NCBI GenBank assembly: GCA_030141605.1 | Contig: JAQGDQ010000363.1 | Span: 62,001 to 126,000, forward strand | Direction of reading: 5' to 3' | Length of the DNA stretch: 64,000 nucleotides | From: Tubiluchus corallicola | Taxonomy: Eukaryota > Animalia > Priapulida | Shown here: one piece after another, positions 1 through 19,700 of the stretch | Position numbering within the stretch: the first letter of the stretch is position 1 | Layout: every line of letters begins with the position of its first letter | Program-made: the position numbers and the translations under genes | The notes under the pieces: generated by a model | Seen by the model: only the letters and a program-made list of their open reading frames with translations | What the model was told of the DNA's origin: nothing | Database searches by the model: none

Positions 1-825
1 AAAGGATTTCATCCGTTCCGCTGAAATTCTTTGAGTCAGGCAAAAATTTGAGTTATGTGGATGGGAAAATGTCCCTTCCATAACCTACATGATATAGGAA
101 TTGTTCTACTAATTCCACTTCATAACATTAATTTATTAATGTACAACATTCACTAATTTCCAGTTCACTTAATCAGGTTTAATCTATCTAAAGGATTTCC
201 TAACATAAGTTTTAGCACAAATGCCACGTCGAGGTTCATAGCTCTGTAAGATCATTTGTTCTACAACGTTTAGGATGATCAACAAAATTACAACACATAT
301 AGACAGTTGTTAAGATATACTTACAGTCAAAATACGGTTTTTTGTTTATTTTTTAAATTTTCCTGAAAATTAATATACATGATTGTAGCCAGTTACTATG
401 AAATGAACACATATAGCTAACTATGGGGAACAATTACAAATTTGAATGCAAAAAAAACTATAGAATCTTTGGATCATTTAGCAACAAAAGCCAACAAATG
501 CAACTCTAACTGAAAAATCATACAAAGTTCATAATCATGCAAATAATAACTTGATGCACCTTTAATTCACAGTCCATCAAATTTATTAGGTAAAGAGCTT
601 GGCAGTACGTCACTTTGAGCGCCCCTTGCTTTGCAAATTACGGAGATATAATTATTGCGTCCGCTGTTTTCAAATGAGCAAATTATGTTCATGTTATCAA
701 AACGCGTGTGATATAAATTAGGATGCTTCATAACAGCCACATAAAGAGACCAGTCCCTTTACTGAAATGTATGCCATGGCTCTCGTGCATGTGCAGGTCA
801 GTGCAAAACTGCAAATGCAAAAAGG

Positions 826-7225
<6,400 letters not shown>

Positions 7226-7710
7226 TTTTGTTTCGTCTTTCACTAGCACCAAAAATTTAATTATTACGCATATTACTTGGAAAGTTTTGAAGCATTTAAG
7301 TAAAAAGACTTTTCAGAAACGGAACATTTAATGTATTACAAGTAGACTTAGAAGAGGCATAGATTTATGGTACAGACATACCGGTTGAGTAAATATTGGC
7401 AAACAGCGTACCAGACATAAGCACACGATCACAAATCGCTTAAAAATTAAATCAACTTTAAAATTTTACTAAAAAACAAACAAATGCCAAACAAAAACGT
7501 TCTAGTTCTAAAACAAGTTGTATGTTTTGTTGTAGTTTCGTATAAAATTTTGTATGAGTTTTTATTACAGTTGTTTCCATCGAGATTTTTTTAAAGCGAT
7601 TTCTAGCATGGCGCCTATGGTGACAATGTAGAAAACAGTGACTCTGTCAATAGAATGAGCGAAAAAAGTTGCGCCAGATTATTTCTTTACTGGGAAATTT
7701 GAGAATTGAT
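7226..7710. promoter_or_regulatory. Probable bidirectional promoter/5' region shared by ARL6IP5 and UBA3
   Basis: Lies between the ARL6IP5 ATG (7225, minus) and a candidate UBA3 first exon (ATGGCG at 7608, also a YY1-like motif). Locally more CG dinucleotides; TGGGAAA (ZNF143-like half site) near 7691. Confidence 0.45.
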
Positions 7711-8299
7711 GTGTAACAGAATTCTATTTTGCTGTGTGATAACTTTTGATCAAAATTTTATCTAGTGCAGAATTTCTAACTCTTACAGTCAAAGTCAATT
7801 TGGCCTATTCTCGCTGATTCTTATCATTCGGGATCTTTGTTACTGTAGCAATTTACACGTCGAGACTACGGAGTACGGACTAGTCAATTACCATGTAAAT
7901 TAAATAACTGTATTAAAAACTTAAAATCGATTGTCAGTAAAAACGAATAAGTTGTCATTGAATTCTACAAAAACGAAATGTACCATTTTTAGAGCAAGGA
8001 CACTAGAAAATTCCAATTATTAATAATAATATTGAAATCAATAATTCCCCAATTGAAATCATTTAGGAAATGAAATTTTTAGAAATTATTTTAAATGAAA
8101 ACATGGTTTGGAAACTACACATAGATATTATCAAAAATTAAATTCATAAAGACTTTTATTATAGTTTTAACTTTTAAATTATAGACTATAGGTATCATAT
8201 GTAGGACTAAAAATTAAATAATTAATTTATATCTAATAACCTTGTACATTTGTTACCATACCTCACATACTGTTGTCTTCTTTGGGGACACATACAACT

Positions 8300-8670
8300 T
8301 GTAGGGAGCCGAGTAACCCACTAGCCCAAGTAGGACAATTGGCGTACTTGGGCTAGCCTGTTTTGTTTGCTAATTTAAATTTTGCCTCTTCTCATTGCCA
8401 AATCTATTTACTGTTTCTAAATTTAAACTCATTTGAACTTGGTGCCTCATTTTTTTTGTTTTGTTAAGTTGGTGACTATTTTCTTTTGTACATACCTTAC
8501 TTGACAGGTCACTTAATTTTCTTCAGTTTGGATATGGGTGGTTGACTTGGTGACCCTTGGTCTTTTTGCCACCCCGTCTCTTTTCCATTTTTATTTTAGT
8601 TTTTTGCTTTTATTTATGTTTATTTTTTAACATTCAGAGACAAACAAATTATTTACTTACTTAGTTACTA
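8300..8670 (+). mobile_element. Probable 3' end of a non-LTR retroelement (related copies at about 9900-10110 plus and 4130-4256 minus)
   Basis: GGGTGGTTGAC...GCCACCC stem-loop at about 8536-8575, repeated at about 9927-9966, each followed by a (TTAC)n-like tail. 12-bp perfect hairpin at 8321-8356. Confidence 0.4.
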
Positions 8671-10760
8671 GAATCACTTGTAATCTTAGAAAAAGAGAAC
8701 ATCTTAGTTTAACATGTTTCAAAACTAATAATATTTGAACTGTTAACGATTTAATACAAATGACTACAGCTACATACATGTATAAAACTAAATATCATAT
8801 CTTTCCAACATTCTTTAATAATCGAGTTCAACCGAATAATTGGAGTTACGCAACCAGAATGAATGAGTTTGTCATTAATTTCTTTAGAACAAACGTGGCA
8901 CAGCAATTCATTGCAAATTTTGGTCCAGGCTGTGGAATGACATAAATGATGAATTAAAAACTATTCAGCCAATTCATAAATTTAAAAAGAAATATAAAGT
9001 ACTCAATGATTTTCAATAAATACAATGCTTCTTAATATGCTATACCTACTGCAGCAGTCATACCAGAATCTTGGTACAGATTATACAAAACAAGACATCG
9101 CTGATAAATCTTTAGAGCTGATGTAAACATCACATAATCTACTGCTTTTTTCCTGCTATTTCCTGCCCTGTGTGATCTAACCTTTCTGTTTTTTTGTTTT
9201 CAGCATCAATTCCTTTTTTATCTGGTTCACATGACAGTGGGCTTAAACAAGCCTTTGCTTTTCTAGCCCCCTGCAGTACAGTTATTGTTTTATGATAATG
9301 ATAGTGTATGAAACAATAATTTATTACAGTATGATGTAACAATTTTGATATTACCATGTATTAAATGTCACTATATTGTACCGAATGTGATAATAATAAA
9401 AGCTTAAAAAAAACTTCATTAACAGTGCTCAAGTTGTAAAACTACCATAGCTGCTTCAACAACTAGCCCAGATGTTGGAAACAGTAATTTCAGACACGAG
9501 CAAATTAATTATAATGGCTAAAAATTAAAAAATTGAATTTTTATTCAGATGAACTGCATGCAGATATCTGGTTTCATTAGTGACTGATTTGGTCAGCCAC
9601 CAATTTAAGTATAATAATAACAATTAGTTATATTTTTACTTTGCCAAAACTTCCTAAGGTAGCTTAATTGTAGCTGGGTTACAGTATTCTTATCAGCCTG
9701 AGGAGTAGTTATACTAACAAGACTATCATTAACATTAAGGTAACATGAGCCCATTTCAACTGTATTTATGACTTGGACCATGGCTGCCCACTGCGGTTTG
9801 CTCATAGTCCGAATGCTCCAATTATTATACGTTGTTATTATTAAACTTTTTGAGTTATTCATGTATCCTGTATCTCCTTTTTATGAGAATCATTTTGATA
9901 CCAAGTTCATTACCAAGTCAATTTCAGGGTGGTTGACATTGGTAACTTTTAGTTTTTCGCCACCCTTTCACCAGTCACTTGAATATCATTAACTCAGATA
10001 ATTTATTCATATAATAATCTTATCACTTTGTATCATACTATCATCTTATCCTTTCATGCTCTGTGTTTTCCTTGTAAAAAAGGTGATAAATAAAGATACT
10101 TACTTACTCATTACTCTATGTTGTTACTGAGCTGAGATAAAATCCATGCTGAAGTTTGGGTGCGCACTAAAAAACGTAATCTTGAAAAAATTAATGTCAA
10201 AGTTTGCCATTGTTTTTTGTCCTTTTCTGCAAAAGCACTTGGCAAATGCGAAAGTGTGGTTGCTATGGACTTTGAAACAGTACGTTGAAGTTATGTTTAA
10301 CCCCAGTAGATGGCTTTTTCAGACAAAGATCTGGGCATTGTAACAGAAAATAGTTCCACAAGCAAAATAACAAGCTACCATCAGAGTTTGATTTTTCCAA
10401 GTTTTTCATAATTGCAGTATTAATTTTAAGACAAAGAAGTGATTAAGGGATTATAAAATTAAATTTTTAGAACATTTTCCCGATGATTTAATGCTAGAAT
10501 ATAAATGCCTAATATGTTTAGTATTTGTAAAGTTTTCCATTTGACCCAATTCTTGGTGCATTCTTCTTTGAAGATAGAACTTACTAGTCTAGTCTTTTCT
10601 CATATTCTGCTCTCATGAAGTAGTTTTAACTATGCCGACTTTTGGGTGGTTTTGGTTTGCAAGCACACATTTCTTGGCTTTCAGAATTGTATATGCAGAA
10701 TGTAGTGTTACCATTCTTTTTACCACGGCTGATAATATGTTCTATAACGTTTACTTTTAG

Positions 10761-13700
10761 TATGTCTGTGAGGACAGATGGTATCTCAGGTAGATGGAAT
10801 CACGTAGAAAAATTTCTGGAACGTTTAGGGCCTCTTGCACATCCGGACTTTGAGCCTGGACCAGAAGTAAGTGTCTGTGTGATTTCAGATTTCTAGTTTA
10901 AATGACGATGCAATTTGGTTAAAATTATCGTTTGATAGCTTGGGGAGGGGGAATATTTATTATAATGTCTCTGCTCTTTTTTTTGTAGAATATTTTACCT
11001 TTTTTATGCCATTTGGCATTCCATAAGTCACATCAGGATCTACTTTGCGTTAATAGGTGTGGCATGACTCAAACCTGGTTCGTTATCCAGGCTGTGCCGG
11101 TAAGATAAATTACTGGGTGGGTGGGAGGTTACTAGTGAAGCGCGATTTTAAAATTTTGTAATTTGACTATAATCTTGTTCTTGTAATTCGATATCACGAT
11201 TTATCATTTGCGACATTTTTTATTGTTTTATTTACAATGTTTCTCAATGATTGCAGCGCAAGTATAGCTTATAACCTGCTACCAAAACTGAATTTACAAA
11301 CCGAAACCGATATTTATGAAACACGGGAAACTGATACTGAATCATTTTTGCAAAATCAACTGCTATTAAAACTGAAAAAAGAGAATTCTAAAATGAGAAA
11401 AATATTTTGTTTTTTGTTTGCTTGCTTTTATTTGCTGTGATTACTTACTGATATAAAATTCTAATACAAAAAGGCACGGATGTTTTATAGTATAGAATCT
11501 CAAGTTTGATGGAGTGGCTTACCTTAAAAATGTGTTATAACGTTTTTGGATGTAAGTATCCTTAATGATTAATGTTTAAACATCATAATGCTTCATTAAA
11601 AATAAGCTAATTTTATTTTGTAGATATTTTGTTGTCTTATTATCCAAACTAGTCAGTCATACATTATTTTTTTAAATAATTATTCATTTGTAATCATGTG
11701 ATTATTTTCCAGGCTACTTTACGCAATGCTAGAATAAATACATTATCAGCTTCTGCAGTTTTGAATAATGGCACATTTTACTTTCAGGTCCTTGAGTTTA
11801 TTCAGCACATGTGCCGCGTCTTGGTGATAGGCGCAGGTGGCTTAGGATGCGAACTCTTAAAAGACTTGGCATTTATGGGTTTTCGCCACATCGATGTCAT
11901 TGACATGGACACTATAGATCTTTCCAATTTAAACAGACAGTTTTTATTTCGCAACAAAGACATAGGTAAACCAAAAGCGGTCTGTGCTGCTGAATTTATC
12001 AACAGCAGAGTGGATGGGTGCAACGTTGTTCCGTATCCTTTTCGCTCATTGTCATTCTCAGGTTGTTTAGATTTTGTAATGACAAATTTTCTAAATAAGT
12101 ACTTGAACATTTTTCAGTTTCTGTTTCAAATATTATTCATTTAACATAATAAAATAATAGACATTTTCTTGAACAAAGAAGACTGAAATAACAGTTCAGT
12201 ATAAATGTGTGTTCTAAGATTTCTGATGAATGATACAAAATGTGAAAAACTCAGTAACTGTTATCACTATAATTTTACTTGATGCAAAATTTATTCCTTG
12301 TTCCTTTTTTATAATTTCTTTGCTTTTGTTGGTTGTGCCTTTGACTTATCTTTTAGTCATTATAACAAAATACAAGATTTTGATGAAGATTTTTATCGCC
12401 GTAAGTATTGCTTGCATAACATTTGTGTAAAATTTCATTTTTAATTGTGCTTTACTCTGTCGATAATAATAGTATCATGAAAGACACTAAACATAGTAAA
12501 GTACTACAAAATTTGTTTAAATTTATATGTGTTTGTTTAATATAATCCACATTAAAGCATTTCTCAAATAATGACTTTTTGACAATTCATATTGACATCT
12601 ATCTTAAACTCACTATCTTAAACTGAAGTTTTTCTAAAAGAAATTTTCTGTGTTCTTTGCGTACTACTAATTGAAGTATACGTATTTATTACATAACTTC
12701 TTATCTAATCAATGTCTTTTTTCTAGAATTTCATTTAGTTGTCTGTGGTTTGGATTCAATTGTATCCAGAAGATGGATAAACGGCATGTTGGTGAGTGAG
12801 AAGCTGCATCTACATATTCATTTTCCTCCCTTTTTTATTTACTGCCACTAATGTTAGATCAGATTATATGAACGCAAATGTTTCATTATAATTGATTTTC
12901 TTCTTTACAATAACAAACATGAAAGAAGCATGCTTATTGGTTCTCTGACTGCTTGTCTTGTAACAACACTGATTAAATTACCTAAAACCTTTAAAGTTTC
13001 TTAAGGACCTGGATTATAGTAATGAAATCATCATGGAAAACATACTTATCTGATATTAAATTTTTGTTTCTTATGAACATGTTTTATTATAATATTATAA
13101 TTATAAATAGACCTTAATCTTCTCATAAAACAGTTTGCTGGTACATTGCATTTTCAAAAATTCCTGTGTATTTTTTATTTGATCTTGTCAGTGTGGTCTT
13201 AGCAGCTTTAATTTTATTTATTCAGCTTAGTTTATTAAATTATGATGATGGCATGGTTGATCAAAGCTCCATCATTCCACTCATAGATGGCGGCACTGAG
13301 GGATTCAAGGGCAATGCTCGCGTTATCCTGCCTGGTATAACAGCTTGTGTCGAGTGTACGTTAGATCTTTATCCACCTCAGGTAACAGCAAGTCTAAACA
13401 AGAACCATTTCCTACCATTAAATTTTTATTAGCAGCGAAATTAAAAGTGTTTTAATTTACGTTTTTATTTATGTTTATCTCATACTTGTGCACATTTTTC
13501 CGATCAGACCACTACCTTGCTGTAAACTTCACATATTTGAGTCAGCTTCAATTTGCTCTAGGTAATCTTGCTGTATTACTAATGAATGATCGGTTACTAT
13601 GAACTCTGTTTAAAACTTAAAAATTTGTACTCTTTCTTTGGATTAACACTGATAAGTAATAATAATAATTATTATTATAATAATAGTAATTATAACAATA

Positions 13701-16700
13701 TGGGTCTGTCATTATTATGTTTGTAAAATTGCTGTTAATGTCAATCTGCCTTTGAATGCACTTATAAACATTACTTTTAAACCTTTTGTGCTTAATTTCA
13801 GAATTTTGTTAATACACAGTTTTTTTATTTTGGTCTAAAGATTTTCTTAAAAATTATGTAATAGTGCTATCAAACTTTAGAATTCTCATAGAATATGTCA
13901 TTAGACAAGCGTCCAAGTAGTTTTTATTTGATCCATTCTGGTCGACACAGTCTGGAATTAAATTTGAGTAGTGATTCATGAATGCTTGGTAATTGATTAC
14001 AGTCAACCCTCGTTAAACTGGACTAATTGGGGGTGGGTGGGTGTTCTGGTTTAGTCGATTGTCCGATTTATCCAATATGCCTATATATGGTCTATATTAT
14101 AAAGGGATAATCACCTTAATAAGGCCTATATACATTGCACTATATACTGTGCACTATATACTATACTGTATATTACTTTAAAATAGTTACCCTGTGAGGA
14201 TAAAGACATTATTGTACAGTTGGTAAGCCGTGTTGTGTTTAGCGCTCCGGCTCGGACGGAAATCGGTCAGTTTCCTTTACCACAGATGACATCCATCTTA
14301 TCCGATATCCGGGCTAACTGGGTCCGGTTTAACGAGGGTTGACTGTATTTGTTTAAATAATTAGCAGAGCACATCTTTAGGAAAAATGAAATTACATTGT
14401 GCTACCTTGCCATCAATATTTTAGATCATTTACTTTAAGCTTGACTTTAACACAGCCAGCTAAATGCTGAAAAGTGCAGGACAGTATTTTTTTTCTATAT
14501 TTATTCACTGAATGATCCTCACTGCATTGATCAGGTTGTTTCAAAAGTTTGACTGGGCATTCTTCTCCCCACACCAGTGTTGAGATGCTAAGAAAATTTC
14601 CAGTGATCTTTCAATATTCTATAGCTTTTGTGCAAAGTTGACAAGCTGGATGTTGTTATAGGATTACTGGTTGCTCTGTTTGTTTTTTCCGAAGTATTTC
14701 CTGCTTCTTGTTTTGTACAAACTGTCATCAAAAGGACATTACTAGGGCATTGACTTAGTAATTGCTTGTACCAAGCAGTACCTCATGAATTACCTCACTC
14801 AGTCACCCCAAGCAGTACCTCATGAATTACCTCAGTCACCCCAAGCAGTACATCAGCCACCTAGTTAAAAAGCTTCCTGATTCAGTGAAGCATTTTGCTG
14901 TTAAAAAAGGAAACAAAAAAGCTGACACAGGGGCAGTAATTTACGGGCAGTCACTCTGCAAACACTCTTCCTTTCATGCACTCTGTTTCTTGTCAAGCAG
15001 GCTTTAAGCTGCTTCAAAATTTGGCTAATTACAAAAGGTTATCTCCTATCAAAGTGTTGTGGCTGGAACATTCAAACCAGAAAAACGATTTAGCTTAAAA
15101 TAAACAGGCTTGAACTCTAAACCCGCAGTTCAGCGTATTTTTACAAACTCAATGTACTAGAATACAATCGTGGAAGAGAACAGTTACAAAGACCACAATA
15201 ACGATGTCTATATATTTTAACAGATTAAGAATCACATATGATCTATTTTATACTAAGTTATTTTATACAATTTGATATCGTATTGATATTTTCTAATGTA
15301 ATGACAGTACTACATTGTTTTGTGTAAGTACATAACTGCAAATACGGCAACTTCATCTTCAAGTTTTTCCTGTTTCTCAAATTCTGATGTTTAATTCTTG
15401 TTGTCTTCAGGTAAATTTTCCAATGTGCACAATTGCACATACACCTCGTCTGCCTGAGCACTGTATTGAATATGTGCGTGTGCTGCTTTGGCCGAAGGAC
15501 AATCCTTTTGGGGGTAAGTGTTGATTTCTTTTAAAACATTCGTTAAAGGCAATCTAATGCATAGTTCACACGTGGTCCTTCAAAACACTGATGTTGAAAA
15601 GAATGGCATTCAAAACATTGAACTATGTTCACATGGGGGGCAGACTTCTTTACTTTTTTCCTTTGTGTCAGTTTAATTTGTTCAGTTCAGAAACAAAACA
15701 AAAACTTACAGTGACTTAGCTGTTTTTCTCAACATTCTTGCTGTAGGCCTCAATAGTCCAATTGTGTTTTAAAGCAACAAAGATAACAAATTTAGTAAGT
15801 TTAGTATGTCAATCGGGCGTATGTCCAATGTGGAAAACAGTTGCACAAATGAAATTGTGATAGAAGTAGTGTTTTCTTTTGAAGTTTTTATGAGAAAATG
15901 ATTTTTGTAGAACTTCAGTTCTGTAAATTAATGAAAATCCTGACTCGACAAAACTCCCTTATCAGCCGCTTGAGTTCTTACATTTTTGTTATCAAGAAGT
16001 AGAATATAAAATGCTATAGACCAGACGGTTTAGTCTAGTGGTAACGCGTCTGCTTCCCGTCTGGAGGTCGTGAGTTCGAACCAGCAGCCCGGTAATATCA
16101 AAGACGTTAAAAATGGTACCTGCTGTTGCCCTGCCTGACGCGTGGTATTTAGGGTAAAAGTGGGGTAAAAATAATCTCTGTTATGTAGTTGTAGGTTGTT
16201 ATTTACAGTCGGCGATAATAGCTCTTTGAGCTAATGTTAATTGTTGACCCAAAAGCCGATTTTAAATAAAGATTATTATTATTGTTATTATTATTATTAT
16301 TAATACTCGAGTTCCGAGTTCTGCAGTAAGGTGTGCTGGGATCAATTAATCAATTTAATCGATTTTGGCTTTTATTTCCAGTCTTCAATTATTTTTTCTG
16401 TTGCCAGTAAAATTGTATTATATTTCACTATTTGTTGATTTCAGCTTATTTTTTGGAAAATAATAAACATAACAAAATATCATCATCATCATCATCTGCC
16501 AATTACGCCTATAGTAGGCATTGGGCAGACAGAATTTTAAAGTAAAAGAAATGTGTCATCAATACATGCAAACTTGGCAGTTAATCCAGCAGAATACTAG
16601 CACTGACATGTCAGTGGCTTCTCAGCACCACTTCCAACCAAGAAAATGTCAGTCGCTGTGGTAAAATAAAGTAATATGGTGGTATTATTATGCAGTAATT

Positions 16701-19700
16701 TAGAGTACTGGTACCGTCGCTTATGAGTAAGGGTTTATGATAAGTATAGCTTTCATGTTCACTTGTTTTCTCGTAGTACAACCTGACTGAATTAATTACC
16801 AAACCCGATTAATTGATTTGAAAATGTAACTGATGTCGCACCACTAGTACGCACTCCCTGCTCCTGGAGTAAAGGCCAGTTGTCTCTTGAACTGATTATG
16901 TTATTATTTTGCAAATTTATTTATTTTTGTACATATATTTCATGGTTAGCAGAATTAAAAATAACTCACTTTTCTTCTGATACATATTAGAATTTTTTGT
17001 GCCCATTTCACTCCTATGACATCATTAAAATAATTAGGCTCATTAATTTTAATTTATTATTTCTGCAGATGAGGTAGGCATAGACGGTGATAATCCTGAT
17101 CATATTCAGTGGATATTTCGCAAGTCATTAGAGAGAGCCGATGAGTACGGTATTCATGGTGTAACGTACAGGCTCACTCAGGGGGTGGTGAAGCATATCA
17201 TCCCAGCCGTAGCATCAACAAATGCCGTCATTGCCGCTGCCTGTGCCACTGAAGCATTCAAAATTGCCTCTAGGTGAGCAGTCTTGTTTGAAGTTTAATC
17301 AGTTATATTAAAAATTACTGATAGTAGAAGATTTTTGACACTTTTTTCGAAAACAGCGAGAAACAAAGAGGATCTCATCTGTATAAAATAGTTTCAATAA
17401 AAAGTAATTATGTGCAAATAAGAAAAAGTAATAGACGTTTTACTAATAAAATTTTTATGTTAGAAAACCATGTACAGTAGCCGCTGCTTAATAGACTCAC
17501 TTTGGGACCGACGTGTTTTGACCCAATTATCCCGATTGAACCTATTAACTGATGGAAGTAGTATTATGAGTCATCAGCTTACTATGCAGTGCAAAGGCTT
17601 TTAATCAATTTTAGAAACAAAGTAATGCCTAAATTCCTTTGTGCAGTTAAAAATTAGAAAAAACATTTTAAAATATTAATTTATATAAGTGAATTAACAA
17701 TAAATTAAAAGTATACATTTCTAAATCACACAACTCTGAATTGGGCATGACAGTTCTGAATCGTCTGCTTACTTACATTGCTCTATGACATAGCCGGTAA
17801 ATGTACTGTACATCTTTGACTATTAACTCATTAAGTCTGAAAGCGTGATTTGCAACTAGAGCATCAAAAGGAAACTGCTAGGCAAGTGATTAAATGTTTA
17901 GCTTCCAGAAATTTTTTGGGTAACGAGGTTAATTGCAGTGGGCGAGCAGGTAACATATTCAAAGCAAAACCGCTACGCTAGCGTATTAGCATGATAAACG
18001 TACACGTTTCCAAACAAAACCGTACTTAACATGATTGTTTCTACATATATCATGCACATAATGAAAGTAATGATGAGATAAAAGTAGGACAGGCTGTTTT
18101 GGCACATACAAATATCTTATTTAAGTACGCGAAGGAAAAATATTGAGTCATTTACCGATAGTTTTTATGTATATTTGAATAGAAACGACTCGTTCCAGGC
18201 GTTTGTGAATCAATCAAGCGATTGAGTCTACTAACCGTGAGTCTATTAAGCGGCGACTACTGTACTCTGCAAAAACTGTTCTATGTCTGGTAGGGCAAAA
18301 CAAGCGCTTACAAGGGTCTATGTTAAATCCTGATATTCAGTGGCAAAAAGTTACGCCAAAGCATTAGAAAAAGAGTTAATTTTTATTTTGCCATAATATT
18401 TGATCATTTTCTGAACGTTATTTGGTAATAGTATTTGTAATAATAGAGTAACATTTTGATAAGTCAGTTTGTCAATCATTAATGGACCACTAAATTATGG
18501 AGAAGCCGTTTGTTGTTTATTTTCGCCTGATAAAACAAATAATAAATTAAGATGTAATTATCTCCTTTACAAATAAAACAACTAGGTTAATTAATGGATA
18601 GATTTAGTTATTTTTAGTTTATAATACATTTATATGTCTACGTGAAAGTGTATGCTATGTATTCACTTTTTTATTTTGAAATGGGGTAATATGGTTCTTG
18701 TTTTTTATACCTACAAACGTATTTAGGTTTACTGGCCATTTACATTGTTTTTGTTGAGAAGTTCTACCAATGTTGTGTGATGTAGAGTTAAAAACTCTTT
18801 TGATGGTACAGGATGGTACAATAAAATAAACCTCTGATATTTTAGCCGAATCTAAAAGTTTCTAAAGAAGCTGGGCTGCTCAACACTTTTGCTTTATCTT
18901 TTTACTTTGACCCTTCTTAGTGAAATAATTTTTACTTGGGGTACAAATGACAAAAATGTTCTGACATTTGAGCATTTCTTAAGAAAATATTTGTGAAACT
19001 TGTAACTGTATATTTTAGGTGCTGCCATCTATTGATTAGTCACTTTAACATTTTACTAGTTAAACTCACCCTTAGTACAATTGTTCGGTCCAGTGAATAT
19101 GCAAACTCACTGGATCTCCCCTATTTTCACTGTAATGGGATATGTGAAGCCAAGTTTTTGCATAGTTCTCTACATATATAAACTGGCTAGATTTCCCTGC
19201 TAGTCACTCTCTGTCTCAGACAGTGCAGTTGTGCATGGGACGCACTGTCTCTCTGTCACACACTCAGTGCTGTGCAGCAGTTGTGATCTTCATTTTACTT
19301 GTGCATTTTACTGTGTATTTAGTGCAATAAAAGTGTTTCAGTTTTTGTGCAAACATGCAATCTAGTGTTTAGTTGTTTTCTACAAGTGTTCAATTTCAAC
19401 TTCACAAATAACTTTCACAATATTTGTGGAGATGATTTTTGTGATTAGATTGTGTTGATGTTCATTTTTTTATATAAAAGGTATAATTGTTGATATAGTT
19501 GTGCAATGCCGCTGCAGAATTACATGATGTTTAATGATGGAGATGGCTTGTTCACCTATACTTTCCAGGCTGAGAAAAAGGTAAAGTTGTAAAATACAAT
19601 AACTATTTATTTATAACAAAAAATAAAGTGCTTTAATGCAGTTTAACAAAATAAGCTTTTTCACGGTTTTAGTGATTGATGATGATCTTGAAATGGTGAA

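Noticed and set aside
16018-16090. Functional tRNA gene
   Set aside because: No acceptor-stem closure or T-run terminator; the sequence continues into a SINE body and tail.
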